Assembly (NCBI RefSeq): GCF_000143415.4
Contig: NW_003314287.1
Span: 62,001 to 126,000 of the forward strand
DNA: 64,000 nt
Source: Selaginella moellendorffii
Taxonomy: Eukaryota > Plantae > Lycopodiophyta
Reading direction: 5' to 3'
Numbering within the stretch: the stretch's first letter is position 1; every line of letters begins with the position of its first letter. This document shows positions 12,701 through 24,935 of this stretch, piece after piece. The notes beneath the pieces were generated by a model, which was given only the letters and a program-made list of their open reading frames with translations, ran no database searches and had not been told where the DNA came from. Both the position numbers and the translations under genes were made by a program.

Positions 12701-14540
12701 TTAGAGTTTAAGATATAAGAAAGGATGTTTGTGTTGCTACAAACACCTCTAAGAAAGGCAAATTGCAAGTAGTGAGTGTTGGAAGGGATAAAAAAACCCC
12801 TAGAGCTAAGGCTAGAGATGAGTTTAACTCCCCAATAGTAGTGTGTTATTTCAATTGAGTCTGTTGGCTCAACTCCCCCACAATATGGATGGTGTTCACC
12901 AAGAACTTATTATGATCGCTTATTAGTGGTGACTCAATGGCTCTTTGCTGGAGTATTTCATGGTAATTTGTGGAGGATGAAGTTAGGACTATGTTGTTTA
13001 CAAACAGTTGTTGCTAGACTCGCTACTCGCATGATGCTATGTGTTGTGGTCACAATTCTAAATATTGTGTGTCTCAACTTTGCATTCCTCATACCATTAT
13101 GGTTGTCATCAAGGACATTCTTGTACAAGCATTCTAATGTTTGGAGCTCCTTCATGAGCTTGCTTTGTTACTTTTGTTATTGCTGAAGAATTGCCTTATA
13201 CTCTTTGAACTCAGACAATGCCATCTCAACTGCTATGGGCATCTTCTCAACAACTAGCTAGGGCACAATGACACAAGCAGAGGCACAAGAATGTGCTTTA
13301 AGAAGGCCCTAGATGAGCTCCTTAATGAATGAGACACTGAATTCATGAAACATCTTTGACTCAAGCATGTGCATAGGTATGGTGGCAATGCTATTGGCAT
13401 CTATTATCCACTTTCTTTTGGAGTCCAAGCTTGAGGCCTTGCACAAAGGTTGAAACTCCAATGGACTCCATCATCACTTGCTTATCAAGGTAAATCTTCC
13501 AAAAAAATTTGAATTGTGTTGTGTAGGCAAAGACTAATTCATTGGCTCCTTGTTAAAAAAGGAAGAGATCCTAGACAAATTGCTACATGGGAATCTTTTG
13601 CAAGAATGTGCTTTTGAAGGTCATAACCAAAGCCTCATAATTCTACTTATCTTTTAACTCCAGAGTAAGAACCTAGTGCCTTGCATATCCACACATTGAT
13701 TGTCGCATCGTTAATGATTTTGTTGCTAGCATAGTATGAGGAGAATGCTACTAGATGATTGTTTACTAAGATTCTAATGCCTAGCTCAAATATTAGTAGC
13801 TCTATTCCTCACTGTAAAAATGTGTAAAAATGTCAATGAGAAAAATCACAACTCACCCTAAACTCAACTAAAATACATATGTAAACCATTCACCTAAAGA
13901 GTAAGAGTAAGTGTATTAGTGGAGCCTAAGAAAGATTAAAATGGTAGAAGAACAAGCAAAATCTAATCTTCCAAAATAATTACTGTTCACAGCACAAGAT
14001 AAAACATCTTAAATGTCACACTTTGAAAGTTAAATCAAACGATTCTTGATGCTAGGATGTAGAGTTTGATGAGATTTACAAGCCCATAATCTCTATAGCC
14101 CAAAAGAATCTACAACTTGAGAAAACTATTGTTTCTTATCCAAGAAGAAAGAAAATTTGAGAGCTTCTCTAATTCTAGCATGACATTAGAAATTTTGTAG
14201 ACAAGCACATTCATTCTCACCTCTAGAATTTCTCTAGTCCCAACACCATCAAATCACCCATAACAAGAAAAATGACTAGAACTAAAAGAACAAGGGGATG
14301 ATTGACTAAGCAATCCTCCCTAATAGAGTTGCCAAATGTTGAAAGGGAAGCCCCTCAATATGGGGAGAAACACACTAATTTATCATCATTCAAGTGTTGC
14401 TTAAAAACTTTTATGTGAACTCTATAAAAATCTAGCAATGGGAGAGAAGGGGGTATATGTCCCCTTTCCCAAAATATCCCTCATACCCCTAAAATATTCT
14501 GATAATGGGAATCTCACTTAAAGCTGTACATATTCTAACA
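9787..14540 (-). mobile_element. Old LTR retrotransposon (Gypsy, possibly Tat/Ogre-like) with about 200-bp LTRs at 9787-9979 and 14337-14540
   Basis: Direct repeats gaaaaggaagcccctcaa...aatatccctcatacccct...aatctcact; the right LTR is TG...CA. PBS-like TGGCAACTCTATTAGGGA on the minus strand (about 14317-14334) resembles tRNA-Arg PBSs. Gag-like FVQGLKLGLQKKV remnant near 13420-13460. Confidence 0.7.
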
Positions 14541-15297
14541 CTATCAGTAGTTGTTATACTTGATATTTAATATCCATAATATGTAAAGCTAGATTACCTT
14601 TTCTAGACAATTTGTGAGGCTTAAAAGCGTAAGTCATGGATTTGAACACTTCAATCTTATATCATTTACTAATGAATTATTATTTTGCTATTTATATTTT
14701 TAATATCGCCTTATGGTCAACCTTCTTTACTTTGTAAGGATTATTTCTAATGACCATTTGTGGCTGATCATGCCTTCAATCTTTATTCTATATTTTCTCC
14801 ATTGTTACTATAATTCTATTATTAACATATGGGATATCATTGTGTAACTAAGAAGCTACAAAAGCTTTTTTATTAGCTAGAGATGGTATATGATATCATA
14901 CAATATATACATAGCTGCATTTAATGTTAAGCTCATAATACCCTCTCTTATGTTATGAAAGGACAATTAGACTCAATTGCAATTTCCCATTTGTTTAAGT
15001 TGGCAATGTTTTATCTAATGGGGCCTTCAAAAGGATGTTCAGAAAGTATGAGAACTTTCACAATTCAGGTTGGGATAATTATTTGCCATTTCTCTTATAT
15101 ATGTATATCATAAGGGTGCATAGTTCCATTAGTGCTTTACCATAAAAACTCTTATATAGTCATGATTTAATATTACTAATAAGGTTAAGTTTACCTTTGT
15201 GATTGCTATGAACAACTAATGCTAGCTTTTAGGATCAATATTTAATGAGTATTCTTCCATTAGTTTAACTAGAGTCTGCTAAACACTTACAAGTGGG
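14541..15297 (+). mobile_element. Decayed Ty3/Gypsy integrase-region fragment
   Basis: Reverse-complement homologue of about 15350-16420; continues the 9420-9786 fragment. Confidence 0.7.
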
Positions 15298-16612
15298 AGA
15301 ACAATAGAGTCATCTACTTTGTACTTCGCAGGTGGACGATGATGGGAGTTATAGTGTTGTTGTCCCACTTGTACGTGGCCTAAGTGTTCGGCAAACTCTG
15401 CTTGGACAAGTGGAAGAATACTCATCAAATACTGATCCCAAGACTTAGCATCGGCAGCTTGTGGCAATCATGAGTAATATTGGATCATGACCATATAGAA
15501 GTTTATATGGTGAAGCACCAATAGAACTCTGCACCCCTATGATATATGCATACCAAAGAGACAACGAATAACCATCATAATCAGAATGCTGAAAGTTCAC
15601 ATACTTTGTGATCATTCCTTTGAATGTTCAAACAAGCCGTTCCACCAAATTGTTTGATTGTGGATGATAAGCACTCTTGAAAGTGTGGTATATCCTCAAC
15701 CGAGACATCAAAACATGAAATGCCTTAGCCATAAATATAGGACCATTATCTGAAAAAATCCGCTCTAGACAAGAATGCTAGAACACCACTTGATTGAGGA
15801 GGAAATATCCAATAGTAGTTGCAGAGGCACTAGTAAGAGCACCAACTTCCACCCAACAAATCAAATAGTCAGAAGCAATAATAACATACTCATTGTCAGC
15901 AATCAATCCTGGACAAGATCCCATAAGATCAAACACCATCAACTCAAATAAACGGGAAATTGCAATTGACTCCAATTGTCCTTTTGTAACACGAGGGAGA
16001 GTATTACGAGTTTGGCACCAAACGCAGATACACACATACCAGATAACATTACGTTGCATCTTCAGCTAATAGAAAGACCTGTGTAACTTCTCAGTCACAC
16101 GACAATGTCCTATATGCCCGCCTAGAATAGAAGAATCATGGTAGGCATGACGAAACCGTGGAATAAAGATGGAAGACACCACTAGCTGTAAAAGATCATC
16201 ATCCCCACAAAATAAAGAAAGTCGTCTTCAAATCAATATTGAGAATGTAAATGTCGGAATGGCAAGTTATCAACAAGTGATGTAGGATTTTCAAACCTAT
16301 CTCAAAACCTTCGAATCCATGGCTCAAACTTTTGAGCTTCGTGAATCTCATCAAAAGAAGGTAGATCTTGCTCTACACCTTATGGACACTAAACATCAAG
16401 TACAGCAAGCACTGATAGCACAGAATCCTTGTCTAAAAAATCCACAGATGCTAGAACAACAACGTCAGAAACATGAAAAGAGAGTGGAGAAGGAAGAGGA
16501 GCTCGAGAAAGAGCATCAACATCAGCCATAAAACTCTTTAGGTGATAAGCAATATCAAAATCATATATCTGAAGCTTTAAAGCCCATAAAGCAGTATGAC
16601 CAACCAGGTTCT

Positions 16613-17290
16613 TGTAAGCTCCTAAGTTTGGACTTCCCGGGAGGTCACCCAGCCCAGTACTATTCAAACCCAAGGACGCTTAACCCCAAATATCCCAAGA
16701 CCCTTAACCGATTGGAAAAGAGGGTGCACTCTTATTCATGGGCCCTTTCCCTCTATATTTGAACCCCATGGATCGTCTCTCAAGTCGTTCCCTTTGGTTG
16801 CTTACAATCCACCACGCTTTCCTGCAAGTTCACGCTCTCGTGAACAGAAGCTGAGAGCCGCAGCTCTCCCGAGAGCCCCGCTCTCTTGACACCCTACCCC
16901 TCGGGTCGAGCCCAGACGCCCTCGTGAACAGAAGCTGAGAGCCGCAGCTCTCCCGAGAGCCCCGCTCTCTTGACACCCTACCCCTCGGGTCGAGCCCAGC
17001 GGGAGCAAACTGGACCAGCCAGATGTCAATCAACATGTGGTGTGATTCCCTTAGCCAACCAACAGAGTCGGACCTGAGACCGCTCCGATACCAAATGTAA
17101 GCTTATGAGTTTGGACTTCCCGGGAGGTCACCCAGCCCAGTACTATTCAAACCCAAGGACGCTTAACTCCAAAATATCCCAAGACCCTTAACCGATTGGA
17201 AAAGGGGGTGCACTCTTGTTCATGGGCCCTTTCCCTCTATATTTGAACCCCATGGATCGTCTCTCAAGTCATTCCCTTTGGTTGCTTACA
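16613..17290 (-). mobile_element. Complete Cassandra-type TRIM; LTRs 16613-16806 and 17096-17290
   Basis: Near-identical TG...CA LTRs and 5-bp TSD GTTCT (16608-12 and 17291-95). PBS TGGTATCGGAGC (minus, 17093-17082), purine-rich PPT and a 289-bp noncoding interior. The LTRs contain the 5S-like segment GTTAAGCGTCCTTGGG...AGTACTGGGCTGGGTGACCTCCCGGGAAGTCC. Confidence 0.93.
16837..16999. repeat. Tandem duplication (about 84-bp period) inside the TRIM interior
   Basis: ctcgtgaacagaagctgagagccgcagctctcccgagagccccgctctcttgacaccctacccctcgggtcgagcccag occurs at 16837 and 16921. Confidence 0.95.
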
Positions 17291-20200
17291 GTTCTTTCAC
17301 TTCAATAATGAAGTAATGGCAGCATGATCACCTTCAAGTAATGTTCGAGAACCATATAGAACTTCATAAATTTAGAGTCCAACTTTCCACAACACTTGAT
17401 ATAGTCTCTTCTAATGGTCAAGGTGCATGAAATTTTTCAAAACCCCAAACTGCTACTAAACACTCCTTCTCTATCATGGAGTAGTTCACCTTCACTAGTT
17501 GTAATGTATGGCTTATATACGCAATAGGATGATATTAACCAGGCACACTTGGGCTTTTTTGCATTAACACACTTCTAAGATCAATATCAAAAGCATCCAC
17601 GCATAAAATAAACGCTTGAGTGTAATCAGGATATGCCAAAATTGGAGGAGTTGTCAAGAGCTCTTTGAGATTTATGAATGCCCACTCACAATCTGGAGAC
17701 TAAATGAAAAATGACATTGATAACTTCAATAATGCTCGCAACGATGTAGTGCGATCAGAAAGATGATCCACAAAACGACTGAGATACTGCGTCTTACCCA
17801 GGAAGCACTACACATCAGTCACATACTTTAGAGTAGGGAACTTCAGAATAGCTACAAGTTTGTCAAGATCAACTTGCAAACCCTCACGAGAAATACAGTA
17901 CCTAAAATAAGTCATGTCTTTAGACCCAAACATGCACTTTTACCATTTTATCTTTAAGCCAACGTCCCATAGCTAATTTAACACTTTACAAACATAAGGA
18001 ATGTGCTCTTCCCATATCCCCTCCGAGTGAATCAAGACATCATCAATGAAGTTAGCAATCACCTTTGGCATATCACAAAAAACTTCGTCCATCATCCACT
18101 GAAAAGTTGTTAGAGCATTGTTCAAACCAAACTGCATCACCAAGAACTCATACAAACTAAACAGTACAAAAAGCAGTTTTAGGAATGTCTTCTTTAGCCA
18201 TCGGTATCTGCAAATACCCAGAAGCAAGATCTAGCTTGGTGAACCAACAACTTCACCCCAAATGATCTAAAATATCAATAGTGTAAAGATGAAGGTACAC
18301 ATCTAGGATCATCACTTTATTTAATGGATAATAGTTGATGCAGAAATGAATACTCCTATCAGGCTTCATCACAAAATGAGGTTCACATGCCCAAGGACTC
18401 CGTAACTTCTGAATAACACTCTTCTCTAACATCTCCTTTACAAACTTGCATGTAAAATCTTGATCTCTTTGGGTGATCGACGATGAATATAAACCTTGAT
18501 TGGACGCACATCCCCAGTTGGAATAGGATGATCTTGGCCCCAGACAATAGGTCAAATTCAAAAAGATCAAAATACTCCTTTATGAGCCGATCAACTATTG
18601 CAACACAAAAATTGTCAAAGGGATAGGAAAAGGGAAGAGTAGAACAAGACGAAAACGAGTGGGGGGATAAAAGTAATGGAAACAGAGGTAAAAACAAAGG
18701 GACGAAGATGTACGGAAGTGAGAGGAATGGATGAAATATAAAGAAGTATGAGACAAAGGAGAAGCCTCAAAATCACATTTGGTATGATTGCATTGCAACT
18801 AATCTATACCAAGGATGAGGTCAAAATCTTGACTCAGCATCACCCGCAATGATTGCAACCCAAGCTTGAGATCGCCCATATGCACAATTAAGTTTGCCTC
18901 ATCCCGTGCACATGCATGTGTACGGCCGTTGCCATAAAACATGAAAACTAGCTCCACCATATGACTCAAGTGTAGATGGCAACGTGTGGCAACGGGTTAA
19001 ACAATAGAAGATAAACTCAAACTTGTATCAACCAACACAGAGAGAATAATAGAAAATCACTTGTCATAAAAATGAGCTTGGAAATTAAACATTGGATGAA
19101 TTGGTGTCGACTAGCAAACACTTCCAATGCTTTGAACATTCCTTACTCCATATCCAAAGAATTCTGCCCAGCAGTGCCAAAGTGATTCACTGGGCGCAAC
19201 TTCTTGACAATCCTATGGACCAGTCCTATGCTTCGTTCTATCAAAGAACTATAGCTTTTCTACCAAAACTCTATCACTGCCGATAGGACTTTTTGTTCAT
19301 TCTTTCAATTCTGCAGGAGTTGAGACGAAACTGCTATTGTAAAAACCTCTTGTGAGTGAGATGTGGAGAGAGATGTGGAAAGCCAGAGAGGATCCAGCTG
19401 CTACTTAGTGAGGTTGTAGACTTGGCGACACACTGGAGGAGGAAGAGAATGGCCAGAAGCAGGGAGGAGGAGAAGGAAGAGCTTTGTTGAAGGCCTTGTG
19501 TGGATAATAGTTGCTGCATTATAACATCTAAACAATTAATTCCTGGACGATTGACTGTCATGGGCCATTTTTCATAATGTTCACACACAGCTTTTTCATG
19601 TAACTCTCACGACATAGTTATATAATATATATTCTAATTATAAATCAATCAGGTTTTTATTGTAGATAGCATATGATTTTATTTTTAGAATGTTTACTTT
19701 AATAGGAGCTATGCTTGACGATCTATTCATTTGTAGATTAAGCTTTTTGTTTACAAATATAAGAAGATGATTGTGTTTGGAAATACAAACTTTGTTATAC
19801 AAACCTCAGCTGTGCCACATGACTCGAGGTGGTTTCCACAAGAGTGGTTTGGTTGGTTTGGTATGCTTTTGAAGCCAGCTCCATGTACCTGGACTTCCCA
19901 CTCTAGTACTCATCTCTTGCCAAAGATCAAGCAAGTCCCCAAAGTAGGAATTTGTCATGGCTCAAGAATAAAACTTAGTTGAAGTTAGGAGTTTTTCCTC
20001 CCAAGAGATTGATTCCAAGAGATTGATTCCCAAGAGCATCTCTCACGAGCCACTGGATCTGTGGCATGAGAGGGTATGGGTTCTGCCGAGATCCAATCGA
20101 GCTGGCAGTCCTCCCTCCTGGAAATTCGAGACACCAATTCCCAGCGCCTGAGCTGCGGATCGCCCAAAAGAAGATGAGATTCGAGCAAGGAGAATGATAT

Positions 20201-20599
20201 TACCGACGACATCCAGCAGCTCATCCGAGAGCCGCCGCTTGCAGTAGGGCTCCTCGTCCGGAGGTTCCCGACATCACCCCAATCGTCGCCAAAGCCGAAG
20301 AGCACCTGTGGTAGAACCCTAAGCCATTTCCTTCAGCTCGATGAGGTTTCCATCGCTTGTCTTGCTCGTGTTGTGCGGCATTTTGGCGCAGGGGCACGGC
20401 GGCGGAGGCCATTAAGATGTTAGGCCTTTTAGATTTCAAATTCCCGCCACTTTCAAAACTAGGGTTTATGCTATGGAGTGTCGGGCGGATCCTTAGGCCT
20501 AGGTTTCTGCTGCATTGCCGGTGTCGTGCGCCAGAAACCTAGAAGCGCTTCTGGAGGTGCCGGAATCATCGCCAGATCGCGAGGGGATCAGGCATTTCA

Positions 20600-22413
20600 A
20601 GGCGCTGCCGCACGTACTTGAAATGTGGCGCGGTGGAAGACGCCAGGGACGTCTTTTCTCGTCTTCCTTCGCGGGGAGTGATAGCTTGGACTAGAATGAT
20701 CGCCGGATTCATCGAGCAGGGTGATGAAGAATCAGCTATGATTTCCTACGTCCAGATGTGGAGCTGCGGATTGGGATCCACAGGAGGATCGCGAGAATGT
20801 TGTGGTCGGGAATGCACTTGTTGGGATGTACCCGAGGTGTGGAAGTCCAGAGCTCGCCAAGAGAGTGTTTGATAGGCTGGTTTACCGCGACTTAGCGACT
20901 TGGAACGGTATTCTCTCGGCCTTCTCTCGAGAACAGGATGGTTTCAGTGACACTTTCCAGATCTTCCGGACAATGCTGCTGGAAGGGACGGCTCCAAATC
21001 GGCGGAGTTTCGTCACCATTTTGGAAGCTTGCTCGGCAGCACTGATTAACTTTTATAGCCGGTGCGGGGATTTGGACGGAGCACGGAGAGTTTTCTCGGG
21101 AGTTTGAGAGCAAGACGTGGTTTTGTGGACGAGCACGGTATCAGCAAACTCACAACACGACCAAGGTGGCCTCTACAGAAGAATGCAACTAGAGGGATTC
21201 CAGCCAAACGAAGTTACTACTCAAGGCTCTTGCTAGCGAAGAGTTCTCTTGGGCTTTGGAACGAGCTCGTGATGGAGGCTGGATTTATCTCGCACGGGTT
21301 TGTCCGCACCTCTCTCGTCAATTCTTTCGGGAGATCCGGGAAACTAGCCGAAGCTCGCAGGATCTTTGACGAACACTGCGATGAGAAGGATATTTTTTTG
21401 TGGAACACCATGCTTGGTGTCTATGCCGACCATGGAGAAGCCGAGGAAGATGGAGTGTTTTTGTTTTGGAGGCTACACTTGGAAGGTTTGAAGGCTGACA
21501 GGATAACTCTCACGACCATGGCCAGCGCTTGTGACAGTCCAGAGCTTCTTCGGGGAAGCACTCGCATCCACGATCACTGTGTGGAGCTCGGCTACATGAC
21601 CGACGTGGTTACCTCAAACTCCATCATCACAATGGACGCAAGCTGTGGTAACTGGGAGGAAGCTGTCGCCATCTTTCGAAAGTCACAGCACAGGGATGTG
21701 GTCACTTGGAGCGCAGTGATCGCTGGCTACTTTAAGCAAGGACGTCACTCTCCAGGGATCAGATTCTTCCAAGAGATGGTTCTCGAGGGACTCAAGCCAA
21801 GCAAAGTTACGCTGGTGGCAATGCTCGGTGCCTCGGGATTGCTTTTGGAGGAGGCCAAAAAGATACACGCCGGTGTTGTGGCGATTGGGTCTGAAAACGA
21901 CTCTACAATCGGGAATGCCATGGTTAGGCTGTATGGAAGGTGTGGGAGCACTCTTGACGCGAATAAAGCTTTCGACAAGCTGGGAGACAAGAGCGTTGTC
22001 TCGTGGAGCGTGATGATTTCGGCACTCTCTCAACACGGTAACATCGACCAAGTCCACAGGCTTTTACACCAGATGCAACAGGAAGGACTCAAGCCAAACC
22101 AACGTTTGTAAGCGTCTTCGCGGCCTACAGCCATGCTGGGATTTTGCAAGAGGCCTGCCAGATTTATGGATCCCTGGGTGGAGACTTTGATACGGTAGCT
22201 TCTCTGGAACTTTATGGATGCATGGTAGATCTCTTAGGACGAGCAGGGTGGCTGGCCAAGGCAGAAGCTTTGATGGTTGGTATGCCATTTCCTCCAACTT
22301 TGGTGATGCTAAAGTCGCTGTTGGGAGCGTGTGGAACATATGGAAATCTGGAACGTGGTCAAAGGCTTGCTCAAGAGATTACATGTTCTGTGTTCATGGT
22401 GAAGAAAAGCTAA
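20600..22413 (+). pseudogene. PLS-class pentatricopeptide repeat (PPR-E) pseudogene
   Basis: Motifs KCGAVEDARDVF, NALVGMYPRCG, DVVTWSAVIAGY and YGCMVDLLGRAG...MPFPP...SLLGAC are spread over several frames, with an in-frame stop at 21105-21107 and frameshifts near 20780, 21220 and 22105. Confidence 0.9.
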
Positions 22414-24633
22414 AAAAGTGTGTGTAAAGGCAATTATTGTTTTCCCCATTTGGGAGGCTTTGGGGCCTAACATAATAAGAGCACCACACAGGTTGTAGAG
22501 ATCAATCTCAAGCTAGCTAGAACTTGTTGCCTAGAAGCTTTAATAGGTTGGCGACCACCTACTTCAATAAAACTCACATAGAATAACAAAGAAAAACATT
22601 ATACCACTGATGCCCCAAGGATAAGATTGGTCACTATCATTCTCAAAACTTTTGTCTTAGAGTCACTCCAGTATCTCCAACTTAGTTTTACAAGACTTAT
22701 ACAAGATTAACAGCGTTAGCAAGCATTGCTATTGCCAGCCAGGGATCTCTTTGTAGGGACCCTTCTGCCCTCTCTTGGATATGGGATATTGCAGCCTGTT
22801 TATGAGGAACTGGAAGAGCTTACAAATGTTCAATTGTGCATGGCTGATCTTGAAAGGAAATTGCTATCCTTCACATCTTGGAGAAAAAAAAAATGCTAAC
22901 TCTCTTCATAGTCCATCACAATAGAATAATCTAATAAATTAGATTATAATAATAAATTTAACTACTTTTGCAAAGATATTTGTGAGGTAAACAAGGACTT
23001 TCACATTAAAACAGGTTATACACACAAATAGTATTTGAAATTTTAAAATATATAATATGTGTGGGAATAGGTATATTAATTGGGCCTACTTATATTGGAC
23101 ATATTGATATATACACACAAATATGTATTTACTAACTCAAATTCATAACTATCAAAAAAACTTTCCTTTATTCTATATCTTTCTTGTGGTTAACCTTTGA
23201 AACCTATGTTAACTCAAATTCATAACTTTCATCTTTGTTTAGCATTATATATAGGAGGTTAGACACACTTTATTCATTTTCCTTAACTTCATTTTTTCTT
23301 TGAAGGAAAAAAAGTTTTAAAACACTGACTCTATTTGGATTTATTATGTTTGTCTTCACTTTACCATTGATGCTTAACTTCATTTCACTATCATATTTAT
23401 TCAACTTTATTATGTTAAAGTTATATATTTTTGCAATGTTCACCCTCACTCCACAATCTATATTATTCATTCACATATCCATTTGTCCTCACTTCATCAT
23501 TAGGTTAAATTGTCATCCGTCCTCTTTACCCCTCCTTAAAAAAAAAGAAAATTTGAAATGTCAAAGCAAAGAGGAGAAAGCAAGAAAAATTAAAGAAGAA
23601 ATATTGTAGAAGAAAAAAAAGTAAATAAAAAAAATTAGAAAAAGAATTTTTAGCAATTATTACTATGAAAAGGGGGAAATAAAAAAAAGATATGTGCTCA
23701 AACAAGGGACTTCCTTTAGCTACCACAATATAAGCAAAAAATTCAGATTACTTAACCTCCTTTCAACACATAACTCAACATGTAAGAGAGGAAAATCAAT
23801 AAAAACATCTTACTCTTAACCACTATGTACTCCACATGACTCCCAAAATGCCTCTGTACCTGAGCTTCTACCCATATCAAAGGTCTCACTTGATCAAAGG
23901 AATGGTCCTTCGAAGTGCAATAGCCAAACACACCTATTCCAAGGGAACGTGGTGAAGACAGTGTAGCACAATATGTATAATGCCTTACTGGTAAAATTCG
24001 AATCATCCAGGTCTATGGCCTCACCCTTCGTCAAGTGTCCTTGTGCCTCTAGAAGAACTGAGACCGAGCTTGCATCCTGGCATACCCCGAAAACCTGAAA
24101 CACACACACAAATAGCACAGGACAAAGGTCAGCAATCGCATGGAGATACTTTATGTACATCAATAACTCGATGCAGAAACTGGCAGCGTTGCAAGTTTGC
24201 TTCATGCCGTCAGTCATTACGTACACGTTGTTGTGCTGGACGAAAAGATAAGCCACCCCATCGTTGAAAACAACAGGGTCTCAGTAGCTTGGATCACTCT
24301 GAAAAGGCATGTAATTTCTAAAGCAACCAAAAAGAAGAATCTGGACGTACCTCTCCTCCTTGTATCTTGGCAAAAAATCGTCCGGCCCACACCTACCTAG
24401 GCCCAACCGTCATATCTAAAAGAAAGATTGCTGTTCACTCTTCACGATTAAGTCCCTACGATTTTCCTATATCAGTTCCTGCTCCAGATCCATCGGGCCC
24501 GCTACCAGTGCCAACCAACGTTGAGAAGCTGGATTATCAACACTGGTGACGCTTCTAGCTGCACAGCTGCATTGCAATCGAAAGATGTCCTCTTGGATTT
24601 CTAGGCCTACAAGCTGCGTCTCAATTCTTCTGC

Positions 24634-24634
<1 letters not shown>

Positions 24635-24666
<32 letters not shown>
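24635..24666. repeat. (GA)n microsatellite
   Basis: Direct reading of the sequence. Confidence 0.9.
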
Positions 24667-24669
<3 letters not shown>

Positions 24670-24935
24670 CAAATCCTAACCGTCAGATTTCTTCTCGACA
24701 TCGCAGCCGTTGACATTTAGAGCTCATACAGCTATAAACGATGTGTGGTAGTATGCCAATACTCAATGCTATAAACAATCAAAGACTCCACAAATGAAAT
24801 AAAAGCAAGATTCTCAATTTCATGAATATGATTAACATTTAAATTAGTGTGAGGGAGATAGAAAATGTAACTTAATATTATGTAACGCTAATTATGTGTG
24901 CTAAATGTGACATTTGGGATGAACCTAAAAATTAG

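Larger units (their letters stand above)
15298..19610 (-). mobile_element. Degenerate Ty3/Gypsy retrotransposon (gag-PR-RT-RH-INT) interrupted by a TRIM
   Basis: RT: YEFLVMQFGLNNALTTFQWMMDEVF...FIDDVLIHS and KPDRSIHFCINYYPLNKV. RNase H: WALKLQIYDFDIAY...ADVDALSR. Integrase: CICVWCQ...FELMVFDLMG. Many stops and frameshifts. Confidence 0.9.

Noticed and set aside
16630-16684. 5S rRNA gene
   Set aside because: Only an internal 5S-like segment embedded in TRIM LTRs; the 5' and 3' parts of a real 5S gene are absent.
16802-17036. ORFs with duplicated peptides; possible CRISPR-like repeats
   Set aside because: They reflect a two-unit tandem repeat in the noncoding TRIM interior, with no spacers and a eukaryotic context.
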